From Patescibacteria group bacterium (GTDB lineage: Bacteria; Patescibacteriota; Minisyncoccia; Phycocordibacterales; JBAYGS01), in assembly GCA_038078755.1 (NCBI GenBank), contig JBBTSQ010000025.1, positions 7,099 to 56,449 on the forward strand: a stretch of DNA of 49,351 nucleotides, given 5' to 3'. How positions within the stretch are numbered: the stretch's first letter is position 1; each line of letters opens with the position of its first letter. The notes under the pieces were generated by a model. It was not told the origin of the DNA. It was given only the letters and a program-made list of their open reading frames with translations, and made no database searches. Positions 47,794 through 49,351 of this stretch are shown here, in pieces. Position numbers and translations under genes: made by a program.

Positions 47794-49059
47794 CTAGCTA
47801 ACAGTCGGCAACGTCACTGTGAAAGTCGTTCCTTTTCCTATTGACGACATAAAAGTGATCTTACCGTTATGCAATTCAACAATCTTTTTGGTGCTGTAGA
47901 GCCCCACCCCACTTTCGTTGGGATCAACCGCGATAGCATTCGGTGCTCGATACAAGCGTTGGAAGACATATTGCTGGGCTGCTTCGGGTATACCAATACC
48001 TGAATCCGTGACAGTAAGCACCGCGTCTCCCGATTGATCACGACTTACCGATACAAATACCTTACCTTTTGGAGAATAGCGAATGGCATTGTCGACAATA
48101 TTCATCAACGCCGGTAATAATAATTTTCGATCGGCGGAAACCATGAGATGATCCGTAGTGGTTTGGAACTGCACCGGTACGCCAGAGCTTATTGAAAGAT
48201 GCCCTAGCTCTTGCACTACCGATTTGACCAGGGCGACAAAATCGATCTTTTCCAATTTCAACTTGAGCCCTTGCGCCCCAAGCTCGGCAGTCTTAAGCAT
48301 CTCATTGACAATCCCGATCGCTTCTTCAATCCGAGAGAAACTGGTCGTGAGTGTCTCCGACACATCTTTAGGTAAATCTTTGTGGGTGAGCACTTCTTCA
48401 AATCCCCACCGCGAGGCGGTCAGCGGGTTTCTCAATTGGTGTGACGCCACGGTCAAAAAGTCTGTCTTGAGCTGATCGACTTCGACCATTTCATTCAATT
48501 TTCGCTGGGCTTCATCACGTTCGTATTTTTGTCGAAGAGTGTTGTCGACAATCTGATACGCATAATACGCGATGGTACCCAAAATTACCGTATTAAAGAT
48601 GTGTTCAGTCCACACTTCATACGTCAGCGCGCTCGTTGCGTCAAAAAAAATGAATGAACCGAAAACAATAGTACTAATCAGTCCGACCACCTTCGTCGCT
48701 CGTGCATCGAGATCAACTACCGAGGCTAAGAGTGGAAACATCAATAAAAAGACAAGCGAGCTATGAATCCCTCCGGAGATATATACGAGCGAGAGGAAAA
48801 ATGCCACCCAGACATACCGGCTCAAGGTGTAGTAAATCTTTTTTTGGAAATGTTCTTGGAAATAAAATAATAGAGCATGGAAAATAAAAATGCAGAGACA
48901 GAGCAAAAAGACCACCTGGGGATCACCCATAAACACAAATGCGGATGGAATATACAGTAGCGCTCCTAAAATCAAAAAAATAACTACCAATCCAGAAATC
49001 TGGGTGACATAATAAAACTGTCTCAATTTCCAATCAGCTTTTGATGATGGGTACTGCAT
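47794..49059 (-). CDS. membrane sensor histidine kinase (no cognate regulator in window)
   Basis: About 6 TM helices, H-box FLTVASHQLRNPL, N box NAIRYSP, G boxes DSGIGIP and GVGLY. Confidence 0.85.
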   Translation of the reverse strand: MQYPSSKADWKLRQFYYVTQISGLVVIFLILGALLYIPSAFVFMGDPQVVFLLCLCIFIFHALLFYFQEHFQKKIYYTLSRYVWVAFFLSLVYISGGIHSSLVFLLMFPLLASVVDLDARATKVVGLISTIVFGSFIFFDATSALTYEVWTEHIFNTVILGTIAYYAYQIVDNTLRQKYERDEAQRKLNEMVEVDQLKTDFLTVASHQLRNPLTASRWGFEEVLTHKDLPKDVSETLTTSFSRIEEAIGIVNEMLKTAELGAQGLKLKLEKIDFVALVKSVVQELGHLSISSGVPVQFQTTTDHLMVSADRKLLLPALMNIVDNAIRYSPKGKVFVSVSRDQSGDAVLTVTDSGIGIPEAAQQYVFQRLYRAPNAIAVDPNESGVGLYSTKKIVELHNGKITFMSSIGKGTTFTVTLPTVS

Positions 49060-49351
49060 AATACAATCAATATTAAAAGGCTAGTCTGTTTGCGTATAGT
49101 ATATCGCGAAAAAAGAGAGTGTGCGAGATCGGGAGGTACAGACAAGAGACAACAGAACACAGACGGTAGACAAGAAAATAAAGTTTTGCCTCGTCCGTAC
49201 CCCTCGGCAGAGCTGTTCCCTCGAGACTTAACTGGGTATGAGACGAGGCGACGGGAAAAACTTTGTTGTAGGAGAGTCGGCTCCGCCGACACTCCTCATT
49301 CGTTGCGGATCACACCCCGAGGCAGAGCTACGGGGTATTCTCCGCAGATAC

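Noticed and set aside
49023-49292. 89-aa ORF overlapping the histidine kinase start
   Set aside because: It overlaps the kinase N-terminus in another frame and runs through a word tract and GC hairpins, with no coding features.

Overview
49.35-kb window that reads like a reduced-genome bacterium, plausibly Patescibacteria/CPR-like. That placement is inferred from gene content and truncated housekeeping proteins, not from any search. The standard code applies: conserved genes such as ftsA end in TGA, and both RF1 and RF2 are present. I call about 52 protein genes, 10 tRNAs and one RNase P RNA. The backbone covers translation (rpsA, rpsU, rpmE, pth, prfA, prfB, lepA, valS, a HisRS-like gene, tsaD, ybeY), division and envelope (ftsA, ftsZ, ftsB-like, ftsE/ftsX, murJ, an O-antigen-ligase-like protein, an SLT-domain protein, lepB) and redox/stress (trxB, nrdH-like, hsp20, prsW), plus pyrG and an orphan histidine kinase. 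Several single orphan ORFs are interleaved with this backbone. There is also an AT-rich island at 16.2-18.3 kb with a membrane-anchored nuclease-like ORF and a LAGLIDADG endonuclease between tRNAs, and a patch of small DUF genes at 37-40 kb. The most unusual content is non-coding. (1) Two tRNAs (Phe, Gly) are each shadowed by a mirror element built from the tRNA's own 3' end, with two shared hairpin modules inserted at identical structural junctions. (2) Three homing-endonuclease-family ORFs (one LAGLIDADG, two GIY-YIG) all abut tRNA genes, one with a duplicated tRNA fragment. (3) Low-complexity word tracts form inverted pairs in spacers and also sit in frame inside tsaD and apparently inside RNase P RNA. 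(4) A modular GAGCC/GGCTC hairpin repeat family occurs in at least four copies. (5) There are several unassigned structured RNA candidates. No CRISPR array, transposase, integrase or reverse transcriptase is visible. CDS coordinates come from the ORF track with some starts re-chosen. Coordinates of RNA, repeat and hairpin features were counted by hand and may be off by 1-3 nt. No database search or folding program was run.
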